Shown here: positions 31,877-38,361 of the stretch, in pieces
How positions within the stretch are numbered: the stretch's first letter is position 1
Layout of the letters: every line of letters starts with the position of its first letter
Source: a virus
Direction: 5' to 3' (one strand)
IMG/VR virus record: IMGVR_UViG_3300045988_175547
Location: 1-38,361 of that record
Length of the DNA: 38,361 nt
The notes under the pieces: model-generated
Told to the model about the DNA's origin: nothing
The model's database searches: none
The model's input: the letters and a program-made list of their open reading frames with translations, nothing else
Translations under genes and position numbers: made by a program

Positions 31877-32281
31877 TCAGGAAGACCAATCTTGCGATGC
31901 TTTCGGTTTCAATTGCGGTTCGCGCGCGCTGGGCGCGGGCGCGTCGGCAACGTAACCTATGCGGTTTCCTTTGCGCTCGTTGCAGATGCGGTGAGCAGGT
32001 TGGACGTTGTCAGGGTCAAGCTCTGAGCCGCCGAGTGAAACGGGAATGATTTCATCCAGCTCATAGCTCCATGGGTCTAGCGCGGGCAGTGTGTAATCAA
32101 TGGGCGCGCCGCATATGGCGCACGGTAAGCCAAGGGCCTTGACGCGGGCGCGTAGTATGCGCCGCCTGTGCCCGTTGCGATCGTTACGGGATATGCGTAT
32201 CACCACCGAAGGGGCGCGGGCTATATGCGCGAGGGGGGCGCGCTTATTGAGGGATAGCCGGCTGTATAGACTGCTGTGCAT
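31877..32281 (-). CDS. HNH endonuclease (packaging-associated type, first late gene)
   Basis: CAICGAPIDY...DEIIPVSLGGSELDPDNVQPAHRICNERKGNR is an HNH motif. The ATG at 32281 is preceded by GGGGAGGG. The longer 199-aa version has a non-coding-looking N-terminus. Confidence 0.8.
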   Translation of the reverse strand: MHSSLYSRLSLNKRAPLAHIARAPSVVIRISRNDRNGHRRRILRARVKALGLPCAICGAPIDYTLPALDPWSYELDEIIPVSLGGSELDPDNVQPAHRICNERKGNRIGYVADAPAPSAREPQLKPKASQDWSS

Positions 32282-32373
32282 GTGCGCAGCCCTCCCCTTT
32301 GAGATAAGGGCGTGTCGGGTACTCCCCAAACGCGCGCCACCATATTTATACGGCATTATCGATACGCATTGCA

Positions 32374-32430
32374 GCGAAATTGAGCGTAGGTTACCGCAGG
32401 TTAGCGCATGTGTGCGAAATAGTGCGAAAT
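32374..32430 (-). promoter_or_regulatory. Three copies of ATTTCGC (minus strand) upstream of the late operon; candidate late-activator sites
   Basis: The plus strand has GTGCGAAAT at 32412..32420 and 32422..32430 (10-nt period), plus GCGAAAT at 32374..32380. A TATAAA -10-like box (minus strand, 32350..32345) lacks a good -35. Confidence 0.4.
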
Positions 32431-32446
32431 GAAACATGGGGTCATT

Positions 32447-32483
32447 AAAACAAAAAAGCCCCGCATGCCTGAGCACACGGGGC
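32447..32483 (-). terminator. Rho-independent terminator separating the regulator gene from the late operon
   Basis: On the minus strand GCCCCG pairs with CGGGGC (32483..32458), followed by TTTTTTGTTTT. Confidence 0.8.
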
Positions 32484-32489
32484 TATATG

Positions 32490-32948
32490 TTAGTTAAATA
32501 GGGCTGTTTGGCCCATGCCGCTTTTTGCTTGCGCTATGCCTACTGAATCAATCCAGTCTAGCGCGGTCGATATATCAAGCTGGGCCTGGCGCTCTGAGAT
32601 TCCTAGCGCGTTGGCCGTCTGGTACCAGGTCATATCCTCTACGTAATGTAGCTCTAAAGCATCTGCCCAGCGCTGCGTTGCGTTGGCGGCCCGCACGCCA
32701 CGGCAGAGCTCGCGGCCCTCTTCCACTTCCGCGCGCATGTCGGCGAGGTCTGAAAGGGCCGCATTTTCCGCGTCGATTCGTATATCGGTGGCGCGCATAA
32801 CGTCCTTGTTGCCTGTGGCGTGTCCGATTGCATCGTAGGTTTGGGCGCGCACCTCCTCGCGGGCGCGCATCGACGCGAGGACGGCCAAGCGCCTATCAAT
32901 GGCTCTCTGGCACGCCCTCACGCCTTCGAAATACTCTTTCGCCGTCAT
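32490..32948 (-). CDS. Sigma-70 region-4-like HTH protein (candidate late transcription activator)
   Basis: ALELHYVEDMTWYQTANALGISERQAQLDISTALDWI resembles sigma region 4 and RinA/ArpU-type late regulators. The gene lies directly upstream of the packaging genes. The ATG is at 32948 (the track start is TTG). Confidence 0.6.
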   Translation of the reverse strand: MTAKEYFEGVRACQRAIDRRLAVLASMRAREEVRAQTYDAIGHATGNKDVMRATDIRIDAENAALSDLADMRAEVEEGRELCRGVRAANATQRWADALELHYVEDMTWYQTANALGISERQAQLDISTALDWIDSVGIAQAKSGMGQTALFN

Positions 32949-33006
32949 GGCATTAACCCCCAAATTATGCCGTTTAACTGCATAATTGTATCAAAATACC
33001 AGCGGT

Positions 33007-33294
33007 TTACCATGAACTGGCATCATCTCTAATCATCATGTCGTATGGGATTTTGGTCACGCGGTGGATTGCCGCTAGTGTCCTGAGAGATGGGTCCACG
33101 TATTCACCCGTGATTTTCTTTATCGTGCCAGGAACAACGTCTATCATCTCGGCAAACTGCACGCGGTCTATGTCGTGGCGCTGCATCCATTTCAACAGCG
33201 GGCGCGGGTTGAACGTCTTCATGCGTCCCTCCATTCGACGTAAAGAATCAACGCGCTCCTGCACCATGGCCGCTTCTTCACTAGGTGAGGTCAT
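33007..33294 (-). CDS. HTH DNA-binding protein (XRE-like)
   Basis: IDRVQFAEMIDVVPGTIKKITGEYVDPSLRTLAAIHRVTKIPYDMM is an HTH pattern. A GGGGGAG RBS precedes the ATG. Confidence 0.6.
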   Translation of the reverse strand: MTSPSEEAAMVQERVDSLRRMEGRMKTFNPRPLLKWMQRHDIDRVQFAEMIDVVPGTIKKITGEYVDPSLRTLAAIHRVTKIPYDMMIRDDASSW

Positions 33295-33298
33295 GCGA

Positions 33299-33499
33299 TC
33301 ACTCCCCCCGCTTCATGAATTCAGCCCCGCACGCCGGGCAATAGCTCATGTCTTGTATCCCTGGAACATCGTTCTCGTCCATTGTGGTCACGAAGTCGTC
33401 TTGGAACCACGTCCCGCAGCAGGTGCATTGGTAGTCACGGTGAACCTTGTCGTAGCGCAGCTCACCTGTCTTGCGCCATCTAATTGACACTGTCTTCAT
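33299..33499 (-). CDS. Zinc-ribbon protein
   Basis: CTCCG...YCPACGAEF. The ATG at 33499 overlaps the upstream gene end. Confidence 0.55.
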   Translation of the reverse strand: MKTVSIRWRKTGELRYDKVHRDYQCTCCGTWFQDDFVTTMDENDVPGIQDMSYCPACGAEFMKRGE

Positions 33500-33818
33500 C
33501 AAGCACCTCCGCTCCACATGACGGGCAGTATTCGGTCTTGCCTTCGTTCACGAACCATCCGCATCTGCTGCACCTGTAGACCTCGGTCGGGTAAATCTCG
33601 TCTCCGCTTAGCTCCGGTCGGTACTCCATGCTGCATGTCGGGCGGTCGATGAGTTCGGCCAGCAGGTGAAATATATCGCCCTTGCCCACGACGGCGCGGA
33701 TTGCTCGCAGCAACATTGCGTCGTGCTCCAGCGGGCGGGATTCGCCCCGCTCGTCAATTGACTCGTCAAGTCCGCGAAGGGTTCGCACCACCTCTCGGCG
33801 CTTCTCGTCGCTAATCAT
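33480..33818 (-). CDS. Zinc-ribbon protein, paralog A
   Basis: MISDEKRREVVRTLRGL...LLAELIDRP...CSRCG...YCPSCGAEVLDED. It shares its architecture with 33811..34092. Confidence 0.65.
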   Translation of the reverse strand: MISDEKRREVVRTLRGLDESIDERGESRPLEHDAMLLRAIRAVVGKGDIFHLLAELIDRPTCSMEYRPELSGDEIYPTEVYRCSRCGWFVNEGKTEYCPSCGAEVLDEDSVN

Positions 33819-34092
33819 CGATAACCCCCGCTCCGCAGTATGGGCAACGCTCGAACATGATGTCGGATGGCCACTCGCCGCCGCATTTCTCGCAGATGTA
33901 AGGTGTTGTCTGAGGGTCGATTAGGTCGGCGAGGAGCTTATAGACGTCCTCTGGCTCGCGAAATGTGTTCACGGGGTCTGCGATGCTGATGGCATCACGG
34001 ATGTTCTCCACAACCTCTTCGCAGTAGTAGGTTGTGTGCCGTAATTCGCGCAGCTCTTGCGCCACCTCTCGGCGCTGGTTATCGGTAATCAT
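33811..34092 (-). CDS. Zinc-ribbon protein, paralog B
   Basis: MITDNQRREVAQELREL...LLADLIDPQ...CEKCG...CPYCGAGVIDD. Its start overlaps the upstream stop (ATGA). Confidence 0.65.
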   Translation of the reverse strand: MITDNQRREVAQELRELRHTTYYCEEVVENIRDAISIADPVNTFREPEDVYKLLADLIDPQTTPYICEKCGGEWPSDIMFERCPYCGAGVIDD

Positions 34093-34535
34093 TCGGCATC
34101 ACCGCACAGATGGTTCACGCGGGCGGCAACATCCTTGATCACTGCTGTCAAGCAGGTGTCTGTCAAATCGCTGAACTTGCAGCCGGCGCAAGTGAATCCT
34201 TTGCGGCGGCCCGCATAAGCGCACGACGGTGTTGGGTAGCCGTTTTCACTCTTGTAATTGACCGCCCTGTTGAGATCTTCCGCGAGCTGCTCAAGGCTGT
34301 CGGGCGGGGTGAGGTACAGGCTGTCTGTCGGGAGCATTCCATCGTCCTCGCCCTTAATATCCGGGCTAAACACTTTCCACTGTGACCAAATACTGAGTAC
34401 ATCGCACTTGTACGTAAAGCTGGTGATGCGCAGCTTTTTGCCGTTGGCGTCATACAATACCTCGGTGCTCCTCGGAATCTTTCGCCCCTCGGCATCGCGG
34501 GGCAGCTCGATTCGATTGCTACTCTTCATCGTCAT
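34089..34535 (-). CDS. Hypothetical early protein (Cys-containing C-terminus)
   Basis: MTMKSSN starts at 34535 and overlaps the upstream stop (ATGA). The Arg/Gly-rich N-terminal extension of the 214-aa ORF was rejected. Confidence 0.6.
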   Translation of the reverse strand: MTMKSSNRIELPRDAEGRKIPRSTEVLYDANGKKLRITSFTYKCDVLSIWSQWKVFSPDIKGEDDGMLPTDSLYLTPPDSLEQLAEDLNRAVNYKSENGYPTPSCAYAGRRKGFTCAGCKFSDLTDTCLTAVIKDVAARVNHLCGDAE

Positions 34536-34822
34536 CGAACCCCCTTCCATCTCTCGCACCAGTCCTCCTGCATGTCCTTGTAGTTGTCGACGATCCAGCC
34601 GAACGCCCACTCGGCGGCCTCCCATGCCGCCAGGCGCTCGCGTGCCTGCTGCTCCTCGAAGGCCTCCTCGAATTCCAACTCGCATATCCCGTAGTCGCAG
34701 CAGCCCTCCAGCAGGTGGCGGCAGTCCCCGCACGTCGGCACCCTGCCGAACTCCCGGTCGATGTCCTCGTCCATGCAGCCTGGCGGGAGGTTCCGCCCGC
34801 TCGCCGGCTCGTAGCTAGTCAT
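34532..34822 (-). CDS. Cys-rich hypothetical protein
   Basis: 96 aa. TCGDCRHLLEGCCDYGICE. Translationally coupled on both sides. Confidence 0.6.
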   Translation of the reverse strand: MTSYEPASGRNLPPGCMDEDIDREFGRVPTCGDCRHLLEGCCDYGICELEFEEAFEEQQARERLAAWEAAEWAFGWIVDNYKDMQEDWCERWKGVR

Positions 34823-35015
34823 CCTCGAACCTCCTCCCGCACACCGGGCAGAAGACGACGTCCGCCCCCAGCATGTCGCTGAACGCAGTGTACTCGTAGA
34901 CCATCCCGTGGAACCCGCACGCGGAGCACTCCACGAACCCCGGGGTGCGCCGGTACTCGCCCGTGAACGGGTCGACCCTCTTCATCACGAGGTTTCGCGC
35001 GGTGCCTTCACTCAT
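34815..35015 (-). CDS. Zinc-ribbon protein
   Basis: CSACG...FCPVCGRRFEDD, with the same C-terminal ribbon-plus-acidic-end layout as the paralogs downstream. Confidence 0.6.
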   Translation of the reverse strand: MSEGTARNLVMKRVDPFTGEYRRTPGFVECSACGFHGMVYEYTAFSDMLGADVVFCPVCGRRFEDD

Positions 35016-35271
35016 CGTCGAGCACCCCCATGATCCCCTCGGCGATGACCCTCTCGGTCTCCCTGGCCACCTCGGTGGCGTTCTCCGTGAGTCCCACGCG
35101 GTAGGCCCTGCGCACCATGTCCTCGCATGCGCACTGCATGGCAGTGTCGTCGCATCCGCGGGCCACGCGGCGCTCCCTCAGGTAGTCGTGGGCGCGCTCC
35201 TGGGGCTTCCTCTCGTCGAAACGGAACACCGCCGCGCAGTCGGCGACGACGTCGTCTATGCTCTCCTCCAT
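35008..35271 (-). CDS. Hypothetical early protein
   Basis: 87-aa acidic ORF, translationally coupled (TGATG) to the upstream gene. Confidence 0.55.
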   Translation of the reverse strand: MEESIDDVVADCAAVFRFDERKPQERAHDYLRERRVARGCDDTAMQCACEDMVRRAYRVGLTENATEVARETERVIAEGIMGVLDDE

Positions 35272-36254
35272 CAGCTCTCCTTCCTAAGCGACTTCTGGAG
35301 CCTCCAGCTCCACTTCGGCGCGGCAGCGATGCACTCCGGGCAGCGCCACTGGTTGCTCTGCGTCGCGCCGAACCTCTTCCCGCAGACCTTGCATGCGCGG
35401 GTCTCCTTGACGCTTCTGGTCCCGCGCGCCTTGCGGCCCCTCGCCACGCATTCCGGGCAGGTGACGGCGCAGCGCCTCGACCTCGCGAACCTGCTCCCGT
35501 CGGGCGGGACGAAGGTCCTGCCGCACACCTGGCACGTGCGCGGCACGCTCGCCTCGGCGGTCGCGATGGCGGCGTTCAGCTCGCACCACGCGAGGGCCGC
35601 CTCCAGGCTCTCCCGGTCGTGCCACTCCGGCGCGTCCCGGGAGTTGAGCCGGGCGATCATCCTGTGCGGCACGGCCACGAGGTTGTCAGGCGAGAGGTTC
35701 GCGGGGTCCCCGTCGGCCCGCAGCACGTCGTACCCCTCCGGCACGGGCCCGTGGACGGCCTCCCAGGCGAGCACGTGCTTCGCCCGCCAGTTGTCCTTCG
35801 AGCCCGGGACCTCCGGCCTCTCGGCCACCTTGACGAGGACGTAGCCCTTGCCCGTGTCCCGCTCGGTGCCGATGGGGGCGAGGGCGCCGCCGTAGGACCT
35901 CTTGGTCTGCCTGCCGCGCGATGAGCGCCAGGCGCATATCTGCTGCCTGGCGAGCGGGAAGCCGAAGCGCTCGGCGAAGGCGGCGGAGAGCGACATGAGG
36001 GACTGCCCCTCGTCGTGATCTGCCATCCACGCGTCCATCTCCGGCTCGCTCGACCACCTCACGGTCCGGGCGGCCCGGTCGGGCAGGTCGCGCGGGACCT
36101 TGCGCAGGCCGAGGCCGCTGGCCTTCTGGGCCATCGCCTCCTCGCTCACCTGCCTGCCGAACCTCCAGGCGAAATGGCGGCACAGGACGCGGGTGCGCTC
36201 GTACGGGTAGCGCTCGCGCAGCCACGCCTCCTGCTCCTCCGTCCAGCGCCTCAT
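35271..36254 (-). CDS. HNH_3-like (homing-endonuclease-like) protein with N-terminal Myb/SANT-like repeats and C-terminal zinc ribbons
   Basis: GYVLVKV...KHVLAWEAVHGPVPEGYDVLRADGDPANLSPDNLVAV resembles HNH_3, but Arg sits where the first motif His is usual. The N-terminus has RWTEEQEAWL and RWSSEPEMDAWM repeats. The C-terminus has two CxxCG...CPEC ribbons. Confidence 0.6.
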   Translation of the reverse strand: MRRWTEEQEAWLRERYPYERTRVLCRHFAWRFGRQVSEEAMAQKASGLGLRKVPRDLPDRAARTVRWSSEPEMDAWMADHDEGQSLMSLSAAFAERFGFPLARQQICAWRSSRGRQTKRSYGGALAPIGTERDTGKGYVLVKVAERPEVPGSKDNWRAKHVLAWEAVHGPVPEGYDVLRADGDPANLSPDNLVAVPHRMIARLNSRDAPEWHDRESLEAALAWCELNAAIATAEASVPRTCQVCGRTFVPPDGSRFARSRRCAVTCPECVARGRKARGTRSVKETRACKVCGKRFGATQSNQWRCPECIAAAPKWSWRLQKSLRKES

Positions 36255-36484
36255 TCGCCCAGCAGCCCCTTCGGCAGCTTCACGGCCTCGCCCGCGGCCA
36301 CGCCCGCCTTGGCCACGTCGAGCACGAGGCGGCCGTTCTCGATGACCTTGCCCGCCACCTGCTGCACCGCCTTGCTGCGCGCGATCTCGGCCTGCATCGC
36401 CTTGGCGTCCGTCCTGTCGACCGACTCCAGGCGGTCCAGCTGTCTGAAAAGGACCTCGTTCACTCCGGCGATTCCCCTGTTCAT
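36251..36484 (-). CDS. Hypothetical small protein
   Basis: MNRGIAGVNEV starts at 36484 after an AAGGAGA RBS, giving 77 aa. No motif recognised. Confidence 0.6.
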   Translation of the reverse strand: MNRGIAGVNEVLFRQLDRLESVDRTDAKAMQAEIARSKAVQQVAGKVIENGRLVLDVAKAGVAAGEAVKLPKGLLGE

Positions 36485-36588
36485 GCCTGGTCTCCTTCCG
36501 TCTTCTCCCATATCGATTCCGCGAATTCCCTCATGTCCACGGGGACGGCGCGGTCCGCCCCCGTGAAGCCGTCCAGCTCGCCGCCCAT
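36481..36588 (-). CDS. Micro-ORF (35 aa, acidic), translationally coupled at both ends
   Basis: The product is MGGELDGFTGADRAVPVDMREFAESIWEKTEGDQA. Its start overlaps the upstream stop (TGATG) and its stop overlaps the downstream ATG (ATGA). Confidence 0.45.
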   Translation of the reverse strand: MGGELDGFTGADRAVPVDMREFAESIWEKTEGDQA

Positions 36589-37043
36589 CACATCGCCTCC
36601 CTGAACATCTCGTTGCCGTATCTGTCGGTTATCAGCCAGCAGCCGAATTCGTACAGGCCCGGGTGGTGCGGGCCGTATTCCCGGAGAAGCTCCCCGGACC
36701 ACCACGCCTCCTCGTAGACGGAGGAGCGCCACGCCCACTCGGCCTTGAGCCGCGCCCCGCCGTGGAACCCGTCGTGGCACCCGGTGGTGCCGCTGCCGCA
36801 CAGGCAGAACAGCGGGCTCCGCAGGTCCCAGGTGCCGCGCGGCGTCACCAGGCGGAAGGTCTCGCCCCACGAGCGGCGCGCCACGTGGTGCACGCTTCCG
36901 GCGCGCCTGCCGCAGACGCAGCATCTGGGAGACAGCGCCTCGTATGCCCTGCCGTGGGTGTAGCGCGCCCCCAGGTGCGGCTTGCCGTAGAGCTCGGCCC
37001 GCTCCTTCGGGAAGCCGCGCAAGATGCCTGCATCGAGGATCAT
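36588..37043 (-). CDS. Cys/His-rich protein, tentative His-Me finger (HNH-like) nuclease
   Basis: 151 aa from the ATG at 37043 (ATGA overlap with the upstream stop). CCVCGRRAGSVHHV...CLCGSGTTGCHDGFH resembles an HNH layout, but no clear Asn is seen. Confidence 0.6.
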   Translation of the reverse strand: MILDAGILRGFPKERAELYGKPHLGARYTHGRAYEALSPRCCVCGRRAGSVHHVARRSWGETFRLVTPRGTWDLRSPLFCLCGSGTTGCHDGFHGGARLKAEWAWRSSVYEEAWWSGELLREYGPHHPGLYEFGCWLITDRYGNEMFREAM

Positions 37044-37753
37044 CGCAGCCTCCCGTCCGGGCCGTCGAAGTGCACGACCCTGGCCCCGCCCCTGAGCCGC
37101 GACACGATGGCCTTGGCTGTGTCGGGGTCTCCCTGCTCGGCGAGCCTGCGCACGAGGTCGCTCGGCCTGTACTGCGTGGTCACCAGCGTGGGCAGCATCG
37201 CCGAGTAGCGCTGGTCGATCAGGCTGAACAGGCTGTCGAGCACGAAGCCCGTGGGCCTGCGCTTGCCCAGGTCGTCCACGACCAGGTAGCGCACCTCGGC
37301 GTAGCGCTTGAGCGGGTCGCCGCCCTCGTGGAAGCTGCGCTGGATCTCGTCGAGGATGCGGTACATCGGGGCCATGAGCACCGGCCGCCCGCCGCCCGCC
37401 AGCCGCTTGGCCACGGCCGCGGCGCACGTGGTCTTGTGCGTCCCCACGTCGCCCCAGAGGTAGACCCACTGGCCGCGCTCCATGCCGTCGGCGATCTCTG
37501 CGGCCAGCGGGTGGTCGAGGCTCATGTAGCGCTCGGGCACGCCGGCGCGCTTCCAGTCGCGCATGGCCTTGTCCTGAACCGCCTTGCGTGCGGCCTCCGC
37601 CTCGGCCCGGCGCTCCTCCTCGCGCTCGGCCTCGGCGCCCGGGCACCCGCACTGCTCGTATCCGCAGAACAGGCGCCTGGTGCCCAGCTGCGTGTAGCGG
37701 GCCTTGAGCGCCGCGCCACAGTGCGGGCACTCAGTCGTAGGCCGAGAATCCAT
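37040..37753 (-). CDS. DnaC/IstB-like AAA+ ATPase (helicase loader) with N-terminal zinc ribbon
   Basis: Walker A is WGDVGTHKTT and Walker B is YLVVDDLG, followed by PTLVTTQY. The N-terminus has CPHCG...CGYEQCGC. Confidence 0.8.
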   Translation of the reverse strand: MDSRPTTECPHCGAALKARYTQLGTRRLFCGYEQCGCPGAEAEREEERRAEAEAARKAVQDKAMRDWKRAGVPERYMSLDHPLAAEIADGMERGQWVYLWGDVGTHKTTCAAAVAKRLAGGGRPVLMAPMYRILDEIQRSFHEGGDPLKRYAEVRYLVVDDLGKRRPTGFVLDSLFSLIDQRYSAMLPTLVTTQYRPSDLVRRLAEQGDPDTAKAIVSRLRGGARVVHFDGPDGRLR

Positions 37754-38357
37754 CGTCCGGTACCTCCTTCACGCTTCCGTTTCTCGGCCTTGAGGTGCGC
37801 AGCCAGTTGCGCACCGTGGCCCTCCAGTCCTTCATGTGCGATCGCCCGACCATCCAGCCCTTCTGGGCGTAGAAGTCGACGAACCGCTCTGGGTCGAAGT
37901 CGAGGGCGGTGAGGTCGAGGCCCTTGTCCGCAGCGAACCGCTGGGCGTATTCGGCGACCTCGGCGGGAGAGGGGGCGCGGAAACGCGCCGTTTTCCCACT
38001 CTCCTTAGCTCCTTCCTTATCTACTTCTCTTTCTCTTTCTCTCTCTGGGAGTGGTTCCGTAGGAGCGTCCGAAGCATCGTCCGCAGAGTTGTTCGTATCA
38101 ACATTCGTAGGCTCGTTCGTAGTCTTCGAATCGCCGTACCGATTGGCCACGTTTGCGGCGTTCGTCCTGCTTTTCGAAATGCGCCCCTCGCAGCCCTTGA
38201 AAACCTTCATCCCGCTTTCGCTCAAGCCCTTCGGTTCGATGCCTTCGAAGAAGTAGTCGAGGAGGGCCGTGTTCACCTTCCTGCGCTCGGTCTCCGGCAG
38301 AAGCGTCGTGAGGTCGTAGAAGGTGCGGTAGAAGTTCATCCGCTTTTCCTCAGCCAT
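37731..38357 (-). CDS. Replisome-organizer / replication-initiation-like protein
   Basis: An N-terminal helical domain is followed by an acidic linker. The C-terminus (AEVAEYAQ...FVDFYAQKGWMVGRSHMKDWRATVRNW) is typical of phage replication proteins. The gene lies upstream of the DnaC-like gene. Confidence 0.6.
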   Translation of the reverse strand: MAEEKRMNFYRTFYDLTTLLPETERRKVNTALLDYFFEGIEPKGLSESGMKVFKGCEGRISKSRTNAANVANRYGDSKTTNEPTNVDTNNSADDASDAPTEPLPEREREREVDKEGAKESGKTARFRAPSPAEVAEYAQRFAADKGLDLTALDFDPERFVDFYAQKGWMVGRSHMKDWRATVRNWLRTSRPRNGSVKEVPDDGFSAYD

Positions 38358-38361
38358 CGTC
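38284..38361. repeat. Second copy of the 78-nt terminal repeat
   Basis: Identical to 1..78. Confidence 0.9.

Noticed and set aside
32282-32476. Long (199-aa) version of the late HNH gene
   Set aside because: The extra N-terminal 65 residues (MLRHAGLFCFNDPMFHF...) lie in the AT-richer regulatory spacer that holds the repeats and the promoter-like box. The ATG at 32281 has a GGGGAGGG RBS.
32964-33006. Possible internal promoter (TTGATA, 19-nt spacer, CATAAT, minus strand) for the sigma-like gene
   Set aside because: The spacer is longer than optimal and the gene can be expressed by read-through from the coupled upstream operon. It is not reported as a feature.
34536-34733. N-terminal extension of ORF 34089..34733
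   Set aside because: The Arg/Gly-rich extension overlaps the Cys-rich gene 34532..34822. The ATG at 34535 gives classic ATGA coupling and a coding-like sequence.
37044-37730. N-terminal 229 aa of the 380-aa ORF 36588..37730
   Set aside because: This part is Arg/Gly/Pro-rich and overlaps the well-supported DnaC-like gene out of frame. The real gene starts at the ATG at 37043, which overlaps the DnaC-like stop (ATGA).

Overview
The window is a complete, circularly closed genome of a temperate siphovirus-type phage or excised prophage. The first 78 nt are identical to the last 78 nt, giving a unit length of 38,283 bp. GC content is high and ribosome-binding sites are GGAGG-type, which suggests an Actinomycetota/Coriobacteriia-like host (inference). 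Almost all genes lie on the minus strand in tightly, often translationally, coupled operons. (1) The early operon runs from 4910 down to 67, wraps to 38357 and continues down to 33007. It encodes a Cro-like protein, an excisionase-like HTH, RusA, DUF1351, ERF, SSB, an HNH nuclease, a replisome organizer, a DnaC-like loader, further nuclease-like proteins and a run of zinc-ribbon proteins. (2) A sigma-region-4-like late regulator (32490..32948) is followed by a terminator. (3) The late operon (32281 down to 11087) encodes an HNH nuclease, a ParB/DUF4417 protein, an AT-rich three-gene island, TerS, TerL, portal, a MuF-like head protein, scaffold, HK97-type capsid, connectors, major tail protein, -1 frameshifted tail chaperones, tape measure, tail tip/fiber proteins, holin and endolysin. 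The plus strand carries the lysogeny and cargo module (5023..9747): a CI-like repressor, a KilA-N protein, a DinD homolog, a tyrosine integrase and HicAB. This module ends at an attP region (about 9751..9975) that holds a tRNA-like 3' fragment and TGGCAA iterons. A stand-alone NYN-domain gene (10138..10794) lies on the other side of attP. The best candidates for new biology are: the free-standing papain-fold toxin-like gene with two small partner genes inside the late operon; the NYN moron with its own promoter and hairpin leader; and a CI-like repressor that lacks the canonical Ser/Lys dyad and sits next to KilA-N and DinD cargo and a tandem palindrome. All functional calls come from motif recognition by eye. 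No database search was run.
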